Source: a virus
Strand: one strand, 5' to 3'
Length of the DNA stretch: 64,000 bases
IMG/VR virus record: IMGVR_UViG_3300027769_000875
Location: 32,001-96,000 of that record
The notes beneath the pieces were generated by a model that had not been told where the DNA came from, did not search any database, and worked only from the letters and a program-made list of their open reading frames with translations. This document shows, piece after piece, positions 37,747 to 47,600 of the stretch. Each line of letters begins with the position of its first letter. The first letter of the stretch is position 1. The translations under genes and the position numbers were made by a program.

Positions 37747-40700
37747 TTTCTGATAAATTTACTTAAAGTTTTTATATTGCCACCATATTTATTTTTTGGT
37801 GTATCTGAATTCATTCCTTGTACAACACCATATCCAGCTGCTGGAATAAGTATTGGTAAATACTTAACAATTCCTGCCTTTAGTTCATTAGGTGCATCTT
37901 CTTTAAAATGAGGAGCTACCTCTGGATCTTTCATTAACCATTCAGCATAATAATCTTGATTTTCAGGAGCTTTAATATTTGCTATAGCCTCTTCCATAGA
38001 TATATTATATGTTTTCATTAACTCTTTTGCAAGTTTGTATCTTGCAATCATTAAGTCAGAATGTAATTCATTTGGTGCAGCTAACCATGTTTGATCTGTC
38101 ATACTTGTTACCATTTTTGCATCAGTAGTTGGTACAGTTGGTTCAACCATAACTTCTTTCATCATAGTTAACAATTCACTTTTAGGATCTTGTCTTGTAA
38201 CAAAATAACCATATGATGGATCATTTTGTTGAAGTCGTGAAATCCAGTTTCCATAAAACTTTTGAAAATTGTGACCTAGTTCATGTGTATTAACTTCTGC
38301 TATACGATCAGGAGCTTTCATATACTGATCAATAAAGTGTATTACTTTAGGATCTGATGCTGTTTCTAAAGTTTCAGTTTCTGGTATTACAACTCCCATA
38401 AATTGATTTGCAAGCGTATTTGGTTTTGAACCAAGTGTTATTGTTGAATTTTCCATTGCAACTCCACCAATATTGTCATAGTTATTCCCCACATACATTT
38501 TTTCAAATGGTGATAATGATTGGAAAGATGGTTCATGTTTTGCAGGATGTACAAGTTTTATTTTATCTTCAAGACCTGTAAATTTATCAGCTATTCCACT
38601 TGCATATGGTTCATCAATTTTAGTTTTAATTTGATCAAATCTAGCAGGGTCATCACGCATTGTATCCTCATAAATTTTGAGAATTTTATCTTTAAACTTA
38701 GGATCAATATTTGCCTCTATAGTTTTCATTTGTTCTCCTATTGTGCTTTGAAGTTGTTTTGCTTCTTTTTCCATATTAAGCACAGACTCACTTGTTTGAA
38801 GAAGTCTTTGCATAATGCCATTATTAGGATTTTGTTTAGCCAAAATTTGAACAAGTTCACTTGTATGATCTCCTATATCAGCTATTGTTTTATCTGGATT
38901 TAATTTTAAAAATTCTTTTATTGCATCATCTTGATCTTGTGCATTAATAGAACGCAATTGTCTATTGAGTGATTCTACTGCGTTTTTATATAAACCACCA
39001 CGAGGGTCATTTGTACCTTTAATTTCATTCAATCTTTTAATTGATGGTGCAAGGATTTTATCTGCCTTTTTAAAAACATCTGAATCTTTAAATGCCCATT
39101 TTAATGCAAAGTCTGTAGATTCATCTAATGCTTGTTGTTGACCTGCTCTTGACATTGGAAAATCATCTGCAGATTCATATCCTTTTGATGGCCATTGTTC
39201 TCTATATACACTAGTAATTTTTTCAGGAGACTCATTTAATAACTTTTGTTTTTCAGCTTCATTTGCAATACGTGTATATTTCATTCCTGACATTTTATCA
39301 GGACCAATTGTTAAATCTGAAGATTCTCCATATGTAATTGGTTTGTCACTCAGTTTAGATGGTAATGGTGTTGTGTCTACTTCAATTGAATTTAATGCTT
39401 TATTATTTGGAACTTTTACAACTAGTACTTTAGGATTCTTTCCTAACTGAAAGGCAGCATCCATTCTAGTATTACCTGAAAATACTCTTCTTGTACCATC
39501 AGAAAATTCTAATACTATTGGCATATCCATATCTTTACCAGAACTCAAGCCATCATAAATAGCATTTATTGTATTCTCATTTCTAAATTCTGGCCAAGAC
39601 TTGTAACCTTTACTTAAATCTATCATTGCATCTTTACTACCAGTTCTACTTCTATAGCCAATAGATGCATCCAGTTCAGGTGTAATTTCTTCAACTGTAC
39701 CATTTTTAACAGCACTCATAAATTCATCTTCACTGTTAAAAAATGTATTACCTTTTAACTCATGTTCAACATGATATTCTTGTTTAAGTTGTGTTTCAGA
39801 TGGTTTTTGCCAATTTGGTTGTGATTGTGCATTAGGTTTTTTTAGAGTTCTAATATTTCTTGGTTTTACTACATAATCAAAACCTCCATGTTTATTAGGA
39901 AACTTTCCTACAACCTTCATATCAAAACCAGAACCAAATAATTCTAGCTCATCAACTGGACCTTTTGTATTTGCAAATCCTGGTCTTGTTCTATCTAAGA
40001 TTTTTTGAATGGCTTCTTCTTTATTAGCAGGATCAGCAAATAATCTTAAGTTTTCATTGTAATCATTTACTTCATTTGTAAAAATTTCTGCAGACTCTTC
40101 TGCAGTATAAACTCCATCTGCAGGATTACCTGACTTAGGTTTTCCAGTAAGAAAGTTTGGATCTTTAGGTGGTTTTGGACCTAAACCTGAGACATCAGAA
40201 TATCTAGCATTTTGTTCTGCATATAGTGCCTCTGCTTGTGCCATAACTTCTTCAGAACTCAATCGTTGTGTACCATAATAAGAATCACCTATCAAACGAC
40301 TACCTTTGCTGTTGTCAATTACCGTTAGTTCTTCGTCAGGAATGTTAGTATAATATCCTTGCTCTAATGGTTCATAACGTTGTTTTGCAAAGTTACCTTC
40401 TACCTTTTTAAGATTTTTACCACTAAGTACAATTCTATCAGTATTGCCATAATAGTATCTATCCTTATTACTTACTCCAGTTGAAAATGCAGATGGTCTA
40501 TCTTGAATTGAAATAGTTTTTATATCATCAGATGCACCAGTAAATGCTTGAAAGTCTCTTTCAGGATTTGAAAATGCTCTTGTTACAACAGCATCTTCTG
40601 GAAATTTTAAATTTGCCTTTCCAATTAATTCATTAAATGCATCTTGTTTTGGACCTGGTTTTACAAATGGATAATTAGAAAATTGATATTCTTTTAACAT

Positions 40701-42545
40701 TGCCTTTTCAGCAGGTGTAAAGTCATCTGATTGTAAAATTTTATTAAACATTGTTTCAGAAACAGCACCATCTAAATTGGCTGCTGGATTTTTCCAAGCA
40801 AAAGGTAAAACGCTTTCGCCTTGAGCAACTGTATTGTATCCTTGCTTAATTTTAGCACCAGCCATTGTTATATCATCAAGTACACTTGGTATACCTAATC
40901 TAGCTTCTGCTACAAATGGAAGTGTATTAGCAATACCCATAAATAACTCTTCATTACCTGTTTTCCAATCACCGCTACTATATGCGTCATATGCTTTTGG
41001 AAGGTTATGACCCAATCCATGATATGCGCCATATCCTGCTAAAGCTTGACCTGTAGTCATTCCACCCCAACTTGTTCCTGCTAATCCTGGTATATACTTT
41101 AACGGTTGAGTTTTTATCAATGCGTTTAATCCTTTCCAACCATACTTAGCACCTTTAACCATTGGTATTACTGTTGCAAGATTAAATACAGCGTCTCCAT
41201 AATCACCCTCTCTTAATGCCAAACCTGCTCCTGCTCCTGCACGACCAATATTTACAACGTTGAGCATATTATTAAAGGTAGAATTAGATTTACCAGAAAA
41301 CTTATCATAATAATAGTTATCTTCTGCAGAAAATCTTTCAGGATCAATTGACCATTCACCTTGTCCAACCATTGGCCCTTCACCTCTAAATAAAGCATTA
41401 TTAGTAACCATTAATGGGTCAGCAATAAACGCTTGTGTTGCATTTAAACCTTTTTCCCACCATGCCAAATTATCATATATTCTTTGTTCACTTTTTTTCC
41501 AAGCTGCTTCTTTTCTACTTTCAAGTGTGCTAAAGAAATCAGGATTTGTACGCATCTCTCTAAGTACAATATCTTGCATTGAAAGAGGACCACCTTCTCT
41601 ATTTCCATTTTCTTTTGACATGTATTCTTTATACAACTCTGGAAAATGCTGAGCAAAGTCTCCACGAGCTACAATCTGACGAGCTGCATCATTTTGAGCT
41701 TTAGTTATTGATAGTGTTTGCTCAAGTATATTTGGAATATTTCCTAACGAATTATTAGTTATAATGGAGTTATCAACTCTTGTATTATCAGAACCAACAG
41801 TTCTTAAGTGTTGTTGTCTTTGTTCTTCAAGTCTTTCTAATTCTTTTTGCTTATCCTCTTTTTCTTTTTGTTTATATAAGTCTTGTTGAATTTTTACATT
41901 ACTTGCAATAGGACTATTTGTAGCTTTTATCTTTTGAGTTGTTGTAGCAAATGGACTGTTCAGTGTTTGGTTACGTTGAATTTCATAATTAGATACTGTA
42001 GCTTTTGGTTTGTCATTACCCCAGTTTGAATCATCTGCTTGCATTCTTCCTCGCTGCAAATAGTCTTCAGGATGCATATAATTATCCATATCATAGGCAC
42101 TAGAACCATTTCCAGACATAATCCATGTCTTTCCATTCCATTTGTACCAGTTACCTTGTTGATCTTTTTTATACTGAGTATTTTGATATCTATAGTATTT
42201 ATCACCAGGATTACCACCACCTACAAATTTTGTAAGGCCACCTTCAGCATAAGATTTTATAGGATTTTCCCTATGCCATTTTCTAGTAGCAGCAACTCCT
42301 TGTGCTACAGTTTTAGCATCAGCTTTATCTGTAAGATTGATTGTGTCCCATTTACCTTTATCTTCTTGAGGATGATTAACTATAACATCACCATTAGCGT
42401 TTTTATAAACTCTATGATATTCACCATCTACTGTCAAATACTCACCACCATCAGGATATTTTTTGAGATCAGTTTTCTTCCTTCTTGAATTTGAAAATTC
42501 AGAAAGTTTCTCAAACATCCTTTGTTCACTGTACTTTGCCATCAA
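37743..42545 (-). CDS. Polyvalent cargo protein: pre-toxin-like, ART-like, ParB-like and zincin domains (1600 aa)
   Basis: PIVLEFSDGTRRVFSGNTRMDAA (ParB/Srx-like), THELGH (38271-38285), EKAMLKEY..VVTRAF..SAFST..ELEL (ART-like); terminal KYGG motif. Confidence 0.75.
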   Translation of the reverse strand: MMAKYSEQRMFEKLSEFSNSRRKKTDLKKYPDGGEYLTVDGEYHRVYKNANGDVIVNHPQEDKGKWDTINLTDKADAKTVAQGVAATRKWHRENPIKSYAEGGLTKFVGGGNPGDKYYRYQNTQYKKDQQGNWYKWNGKTWIMSGNGSSAYDMDNYMHPEDYLQRGRMQADDSNWGNDKPKATVSNYEIQRNQTLNSPFATTTQKIKATNSPIASNVKIQQDLYKQKEKEDKQKELERLEEQRQQHLRTVGSDNTRVDNSIITNNSLGNIPNILEQTLSITKAQNDAARQIVARGDFAQHFPELYKEYMSKENGNREGGPLSMQDIVLREMRTNPDFFSTLESRKEAAWKKSEQRIYDNLAWWEKGLNATQAFIADPLMVTNNALFRGEGPMVGQGEWSIDPERFSAEDNYYYDKFSGKSNSTFNNMLNVVNIGRAGAGAGLALREGDYGDAVFNLATVIPMVKGAKYGWKGLNALIKTQPLKYIPGLAGTSWGGMTTGQALAGYGAYHGLGHNLPKAYDAYSSGDWKTGNEELFMGIANTLPFVAEARLGIPSVLDDITMAGAKIKQGYNTVAQGESVLPFAWKNPAANLDGAVSETMFNKILQSDDFTPAEKAMLKEYQFSNYPFVKPGPKQDAFNELIGKANLKFPEDAVVTRAFSNPERDFQAFTGASDDIKTISIQDRPSAFSTGVSNKDRYYYGNTDRIVLSGKNLKKVEGNFAKQRYEPLEQGYYTNIPDEELTVIDNSKGSRLIGDSYYGTQRLSSEEVMAQAEALYAEQNARYSDVSGLGPKPPKDPNFLTGKPKSGNPADGVYTAEESAEIFTNEVNDYNENLRLFADPANKEEAIQKILDRTRPGFANTKGPVDELELFGSGFDMKVVGKFPNKHGGFDYVVKPRNIRTLKKPNAQSQPNWQKPSETQLKQEYHVEHELKGNTFFNSEDEFMSAVKNGTVEEITPELDASIGYRSRTGSKDAMIDLSKGYKSWPEFRNENTINAIYDGLSSGKDMDMPIVLEFSDGTRRVFSGNTRMDAAFQLGKNPKVLVVKVPNNKALNSIEVDTTPLPSKLSDKPITYGESSDLTIGPDKMSGMKYTRIANEAEKQKLLNESPEKITSVYREQWPSKGYESADDFPMSRAGQQQALDESTDFALKWAFKDSDVFKKADKILAPSIKRLNEIKGTNDPRGGLYKNAVESLNRQLRSINAQDQDDAIKEFLKLNPDKTIADIGDHTSELVQILAKQNPNNGIMQRLLQTSESVLNMEKEAKQLQSTIGEQMKTIEANIDPKFKDKILKIYEDTMRDDPARFDQIKTKIDEPYASGIADKFTGLEDKIKLVHPAKHEPSFQSLSPFEKMYVGNNYDNIGGVAMENSTITLGSKPNTLANQFMGVVIPETETLETASDPKVIHFIDQYMKAPDRIAEVNTHELGHNFQKFYGNWISRLQQNDPSYGYFVTRQDPKSELLTMMKEVMVEPTVPTTDAKMVTSMTDQTWLAAPNELHSDLMIARYKLAKELMKTYNISMEEAIANIKAPENQDYYAEWLMKDPEVAPHFKEDAPNELKAGIVKYLPILIPAAGYGVVQGMNSDTPKNKYGGNIKTLSKFIRK

Positions 42546-42551
42546 TTAAAG

Positions 42552-44642
42552 TTAAAAAAACTTACGCAATTTTCCTATATTTCCTCCATATTTGGCCATC
42601 TGAATATCAGAACCAAACACATCATTTTTACCTTTGCCAGAATCAGCAAGAAGATTAAATAGATTTGCCAAAGACTTGTTATCTTTTTTCAATCTATAAA
42701 TTCTATAAATATCATCAATAAAGTTAGGACTGTTTTTATCTAAATAACCTTTTTGTTCTGCTTCTTTTAACATTTCATCAACTTTTTCTTCAGTGATCAC
42801 ATCTGTTGGTTGCAAGTTAAATAATTGTCTTGCTACATTTATATTTGAATGTATGTTATCTTCAGATGGTGTTGTAGAATAGTCATAATTTTGCTCTAAT
42901 ATTTCTTCTTGTTTAGAGTCTTTTGGATCTAATTTGCCTTCTGAAATAGCTCTACTACGAAAGTCTTCCCATGGCATTAAGGTTTCACCTAGTAGATTTG
43001 AATAAAACTTTTGATATTTTGTATCTTCAAAAAATGGTTCATTCATCCCTGTAGTCCATTCGTGTATCATTGTTGATTTTTGTTTGATTGGATTTGATAA
43101 CTCATCTTTTCTAACACGAATGCTTCCTAATGCGCCATCTTCACCGTACACATATTCACCAACAGCATTTGGATCTGCAAGAGGACCTGTATACTCAATT
43201 GGAGTTAGAGGTTGACCTTCTTCAATTTCACCATATTGTTGTTGCATTTGTGGAATAACTGTATTCATTAATTTCACATGTAATTCTGCATCTTTTGGAT
43301 TTTCTGGATTACCAATTGCTTCAAGATACGCTGGATCAGTTAAAATTTTAGAACGATTGTCATACCAGTTCTTCATGTACTCTGTTGTCTCTAATGATTC
43401 TGGTGTAACTGTTCCCTCTATGGGAACACATACTTGGTATGTGTCATCCCACTCATACCCTTCCTTACAATCAGAAGGACCCATCATGCCACCCATTGCT
43501 TTTCTACGTAACTTGCGTTCTTGCTCTATCATCTCACGTGTAGGTTTTCTACCTGAACCTTTGTTTGCTCTTATGTTGTCCCATAGTCCTCTTTGAGAAT
43601 AAGAACCATCAGCACGTTTGATCATCTCTCCACCTTTTCTGTATTCTTGATTAAATGCTGGTGAAACTTGTTTATAGTGCTCTGCAAAGTATTGTGCCTC
43701 AGCTGGATTATTAAATCTCATTGCTTCATTAGATTCAGAACCATAGTCACCAAGCATTAATTGGCCATTTTGATTTTGTATCTGTGGAACAGCATAATCA
43801 TCCATACTTGCCATATAATGAGTACCTGTCATACCATTTCCAAAATCATATGGATTATCTGGAGCAACTATCATTCTTTTTGCAGCAGGATTACCAAACT
43901 CATTTGCATATGCAAGTTTTGATTTCATCATGCCTGTCACATAACCTTGTAAATGTTCAGGAACTTGAATTTCATACTCTCCTGGTTCATTGTGATAATC
44001 TACAACAGCTTGACCTTCAGGTGTAGTTTCTCTCCAGTTTTTATACTGGTTAAGCGCATTTTGCAACATGTTATAATCTTCCAATGTCCAACTTGCAGGA
44101 TTACCTACTTGTGATTCAATTGATTTAATGTACTCTTCCCATTGTTCTGGAGAAGAAGGAATGGTTCCACCATACTCCATATTGTTAAGAATCTTATTCT
44201 GCACGTAATTTGGCAAAGCATTAAACCCAGGATTATTAATTGTACCACCTTCTTCTTTGGCAAAGTTTCTAGCAAAGTTTGCTTTCTTTACCATTGCTGA
44301 TGAATAGTTATCTTTGTTTGCCAATATATGTGCAGCTGCTTCTTGTATGCCCATACCCATGCGTGTCGCTTGAGCTTTGAATGTTCCTTTTTTAGCAGGA
44401 TCTAGATGTATACCACCACGCTTTGCTTGTTGATATGCTTGCTCCATGCTCATCTCTTCTTGAGGAGACATTTGTTGTTGCATACCAGGAACAAACTGAC
44501 TAAGAGCTTGAGCTTGATTTTGCATAAGTGATTGTTTCAATTGATCTTTCAATTGTTTTTCTTGCTGAACTTCTGCTTGTCTTTTACCAAAGTTAGCTAA
44601 TACATCAGCTATTGTCCATTTGTTAGGATTGTTTGAACTCAT
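42552..44642 (-). CDS. Modular cargo protein with GG-delimited modules and degenerate zincin (696 aa)
   Basis: GIHLDPAKKGTF...VKKANFARNF module, RADGSYSQRGLWDNIR module, IHEWTTG (43050-43064), six GG motifs. Confidence 0.75.
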   Translation of the reverse strand: MSSNNPNKWTIADVLANFGKRQAEVQQEKQLKDQLKQSLMQNQAQALSQFVPGMQQQMSPQEEMSMEQAYQQAKRGGIHLDPAKKGTFKAQATRMGMGIQEAAAHILANKDNYSSAMVKKANFARNFAKEEGGTINNPGFNALPNYVQNKILNNMEYGGTIPSSPEQWEEYIKSIESQVGNPASWTLEDYNMLQNALNQYKNWRETTPEGQAVVDYHNEPGEYEIQVPEHLQGYVTGMMKSKLAYANEFGNPAAKRMIVAPDNPYDFGNGMTGTHYMASMDDYAVPQIQNQNGQLMLGDYGSESNEAMRFNNPAEAQYFAEHYKQVSPAFNQEYRKGGEMIKRADGSYSQRGLWDNIRANKGSGRKPTREMIEQERKLRRKAMGGMMGPSDCKEGYEWDDTYQVCVPIEGTVTPESLETTEYMKNWYDNRSKILTDPAYLEAIGNPENPKDAELHVKLMNTVIPQMQQQYGEIEEGQPLTPIEYTGPLADPNAVGEYVYGEDGALGSIRVRKDELSNPIKQKSTMIHEWTTGMNEPFFEDTKYQKFYSNLLGETLMPWEDFRSRAISEGKLDPKDSKQEEILEQNYDYSTTPSEDNIHSNINVARQLFNLQPTDVITEEKVDEMLKEAEQKGYLDKNSPNFIDDIYRIYRLKKDNKSLANLFNLLADSGKGKNDVFGSDIQMAKYGGNIGKLRKFF

Positions 44643-47600
44643 TATCTTGGGCTATTTAAATTTTTAACGTTTGTAAGTTTAAGAACCATCTTATTATCTC
44701 CACTTATATTCTTTCTCAAAATTACTCTATTACCATAATGTCTGAACTTTTTGTGTTCAAGTGGTGATTTATTGTAATCAACATAAGCTGGATTAATAAA
44801 CTTTTTGACTCCTGCACATTCAGTATTCCACATTGGAAGTTTGGTTCCTGAGAACTCACCTCTATCATTTGTAATATCCCAGAATGTATTGAATCTATAC
44901 TTGTTTTCTTCTTTGGAATAAAGTATTTCAATATAGTCTGGCCCAATTACTGGATTTGCTAAGATGTCTAATGGATTACTTTTTTGCTTAATGCGCATTC
45001 TAAGAATCCCTGATATCTGCTCTGAATTGTAAAGGATTGCTCTATCAAAGTTTTCATCTAACACATGGAAATAATCTTTACCATCATTGTAGAATTTATA
45101 CACATCAAGATAGTATTCAAAACTTCTGAGAGTTGTAATTTGATTTGGTGTAACAATTGGATACTCAATTTCCCATGGATAGTTGGTATCATAGTAGTTA
45201 CAGAAGCTATCCCAACGATCATTGTGTTTCCAAATGCTATCACCATTGATGGTATAGAAATTTTGATATGATGGCATCATTAATGTTGGAATCCAATCAT
45301 GGAAACTAATCCACATTTTTGATTTTGGATCATAACTTACTGTCCAATTACATGGTTCAAAACATGTTGGATCATCATATGCACATGGACATTGTTGCAC
45401 AATTGCATTCAGTGTAACACTTACCTCACATAGTTTTTGATCTCCTTCAGCATTTTCTACAAGAATTGAATATGTTGTATTTCCAGCTGGAGTGACTGTA
45501 AAACTTCCATTTAATGGCAATGTTCCAACACCATTATTCATCGTTACAGAAACAGCATTTTGTGTTGACCATGTAAGTGTTACAGATTGACCGTAATCAA
45601 TATTAACTGCAGATATTCCAAGCTGACAATCAGGACAAGGACTACCAGGAATAATTGTAGTAATCTCACAAAGTGGAACATCACATCCGCTTTCTACCAT
45701 TGTACTTCCAGTAGGACATACATAATGACCTTGGCTTTCAGGATCTGGAATTTCTTCTCCAATAAAATCTCTTGTAGAAAATATGATAAAAGGTTCTAAA
45801 TCTGCTGGAGTTGGTCCACAATCTAAAGGAGATGTTGTGTATGGCGTAAGAAGTCCGCTTGATTGAAACTGTGTAAGTGTCATGTCATATATCTCACCAG
45901 CAAACGCTGCAATTGAATTATGATTACGTCCACACAATCTTATTGTTCTTGTACCTGCTGTTAGTGTAACAGGGAATACGTGCCAAGATGTAAATGGAAC
46001 AGTGACACTGCTATCCTCTTGTCCAGCAGAATTACGTGCTGAAAGATATACCCATAAATTTCCATCAACATATATTTTTACTTCATTGTCACCAGCAATA
46101 CCAATAAGATATTGTTTTGTTGTTGGTATTGTTGTACAAAAAGAAAAACATACGTCAGTGTCAAAAGGTTGTTGACCACCATTTGGCCATACTCCTGCAA
46201 TATTCAATCTACCACGAGTTTGACCACCACATGCTCCACTTGTATTCCACAATTCATTTTGAACATTTACTAATGGATTCACAGGTGCACCAACTCCATT
46301 CATGCCTCTAACCTTGTAGGTTGAGTTATTACCAACACCTTTTAATGGTTTTATTTCTGAGGTAATATCTGGATATAATCTTATTCCAGACTTATTATAT
46401 GCAGCATTATTTGTTGCCTCATCAATTTCAAGAGTTGCTCCTGTAAACTCTGCTGGCACAGTAGTTTCAATAACACATTCACCATCTATAATAACAGCTT
46501 CTGGAGGACAACCACCTTCGCATGGTTCAATAACAGGTGGTTCATAAGGAATGTCACCAGGTGTAATTTCACCACAGATATAATATGGAACACCATTTGG
46601 ATCATCAAATAGCAAATCATTTCTCAAAGGTCTATAATCTTTTTTTGAGAAGTACACTAACTCATATGTTGAGTCATAAATTGCTTGAACGCCAATACCT
46701 GCAACAGGATTATCATACAAAGGATAGTTTGGATATACCTCCAACATTTTAGAAGGTAAATTTTCTGCAAACCAGAATTTTAAACCAGTACGCGATATTT
46801 CTTCTATTCCTGAACCATTTGATGTAAACACTTTACCTATGTCTTGTGAGACAAAGAATAACCCATATGGTGTATTTATCGCAGCTCTTGATGATATAGA
46901 AGAGCCATATGCAAGAGCATCATCAGCGTTAACAAGACTCTGAAAGTTTTGTTGAAATAATCCACTGTCACCAATTGTTACTTTTGTTCCACCTTGAGTT
47001 TGAAGTTGATCAACGCCTACAAATGTTGTAGGTTCTGCATCTTCAAATAAGATAAGAGCACCAGTTGCATTCAATGGTTTGATAATGTTTACTTTACCAT
47101 AGAAGTCTTTATAGTTAAGGGGTAGATAGTTTCTCCAGTTATCTCTTCTGAGTCCTGATCGTTGTTGTAATGAATAGACACTTCTTCGTGGGTAGTATTC
47201 AAAACATGATGAATACAATTGTGGGTCATAGTCACGTGGTAATATTTGTCCCCAGTTTGCAAGGTTGTTAAATAGTTTGGAACTACTAAGTGATAAGTCA
47301 TATTTATAGTATGTTGGTTTAGAAATAATATCTGACCTAAACATTGTGCTTATGTCATTAAATGAAAAGCCATACACATCATAAAACTTTTGGAAATCCT
47401 CAAGTCCATAATCTCTATATGCCATGTTTAATTCTGACTCTGTAAAGTAATCACGTACACCATTATAGAATAAATAAAACCAGTTATTTTTTCTAACTAA
47501 TCTAAGTGTTGCACCATTATTACCTGGTGCATCTAATCTATAGTTATCAGATGGCGTAGTTGCATCTAAGTCAGGAAGAAGGTCTGTTGGAAAGTTCCAA

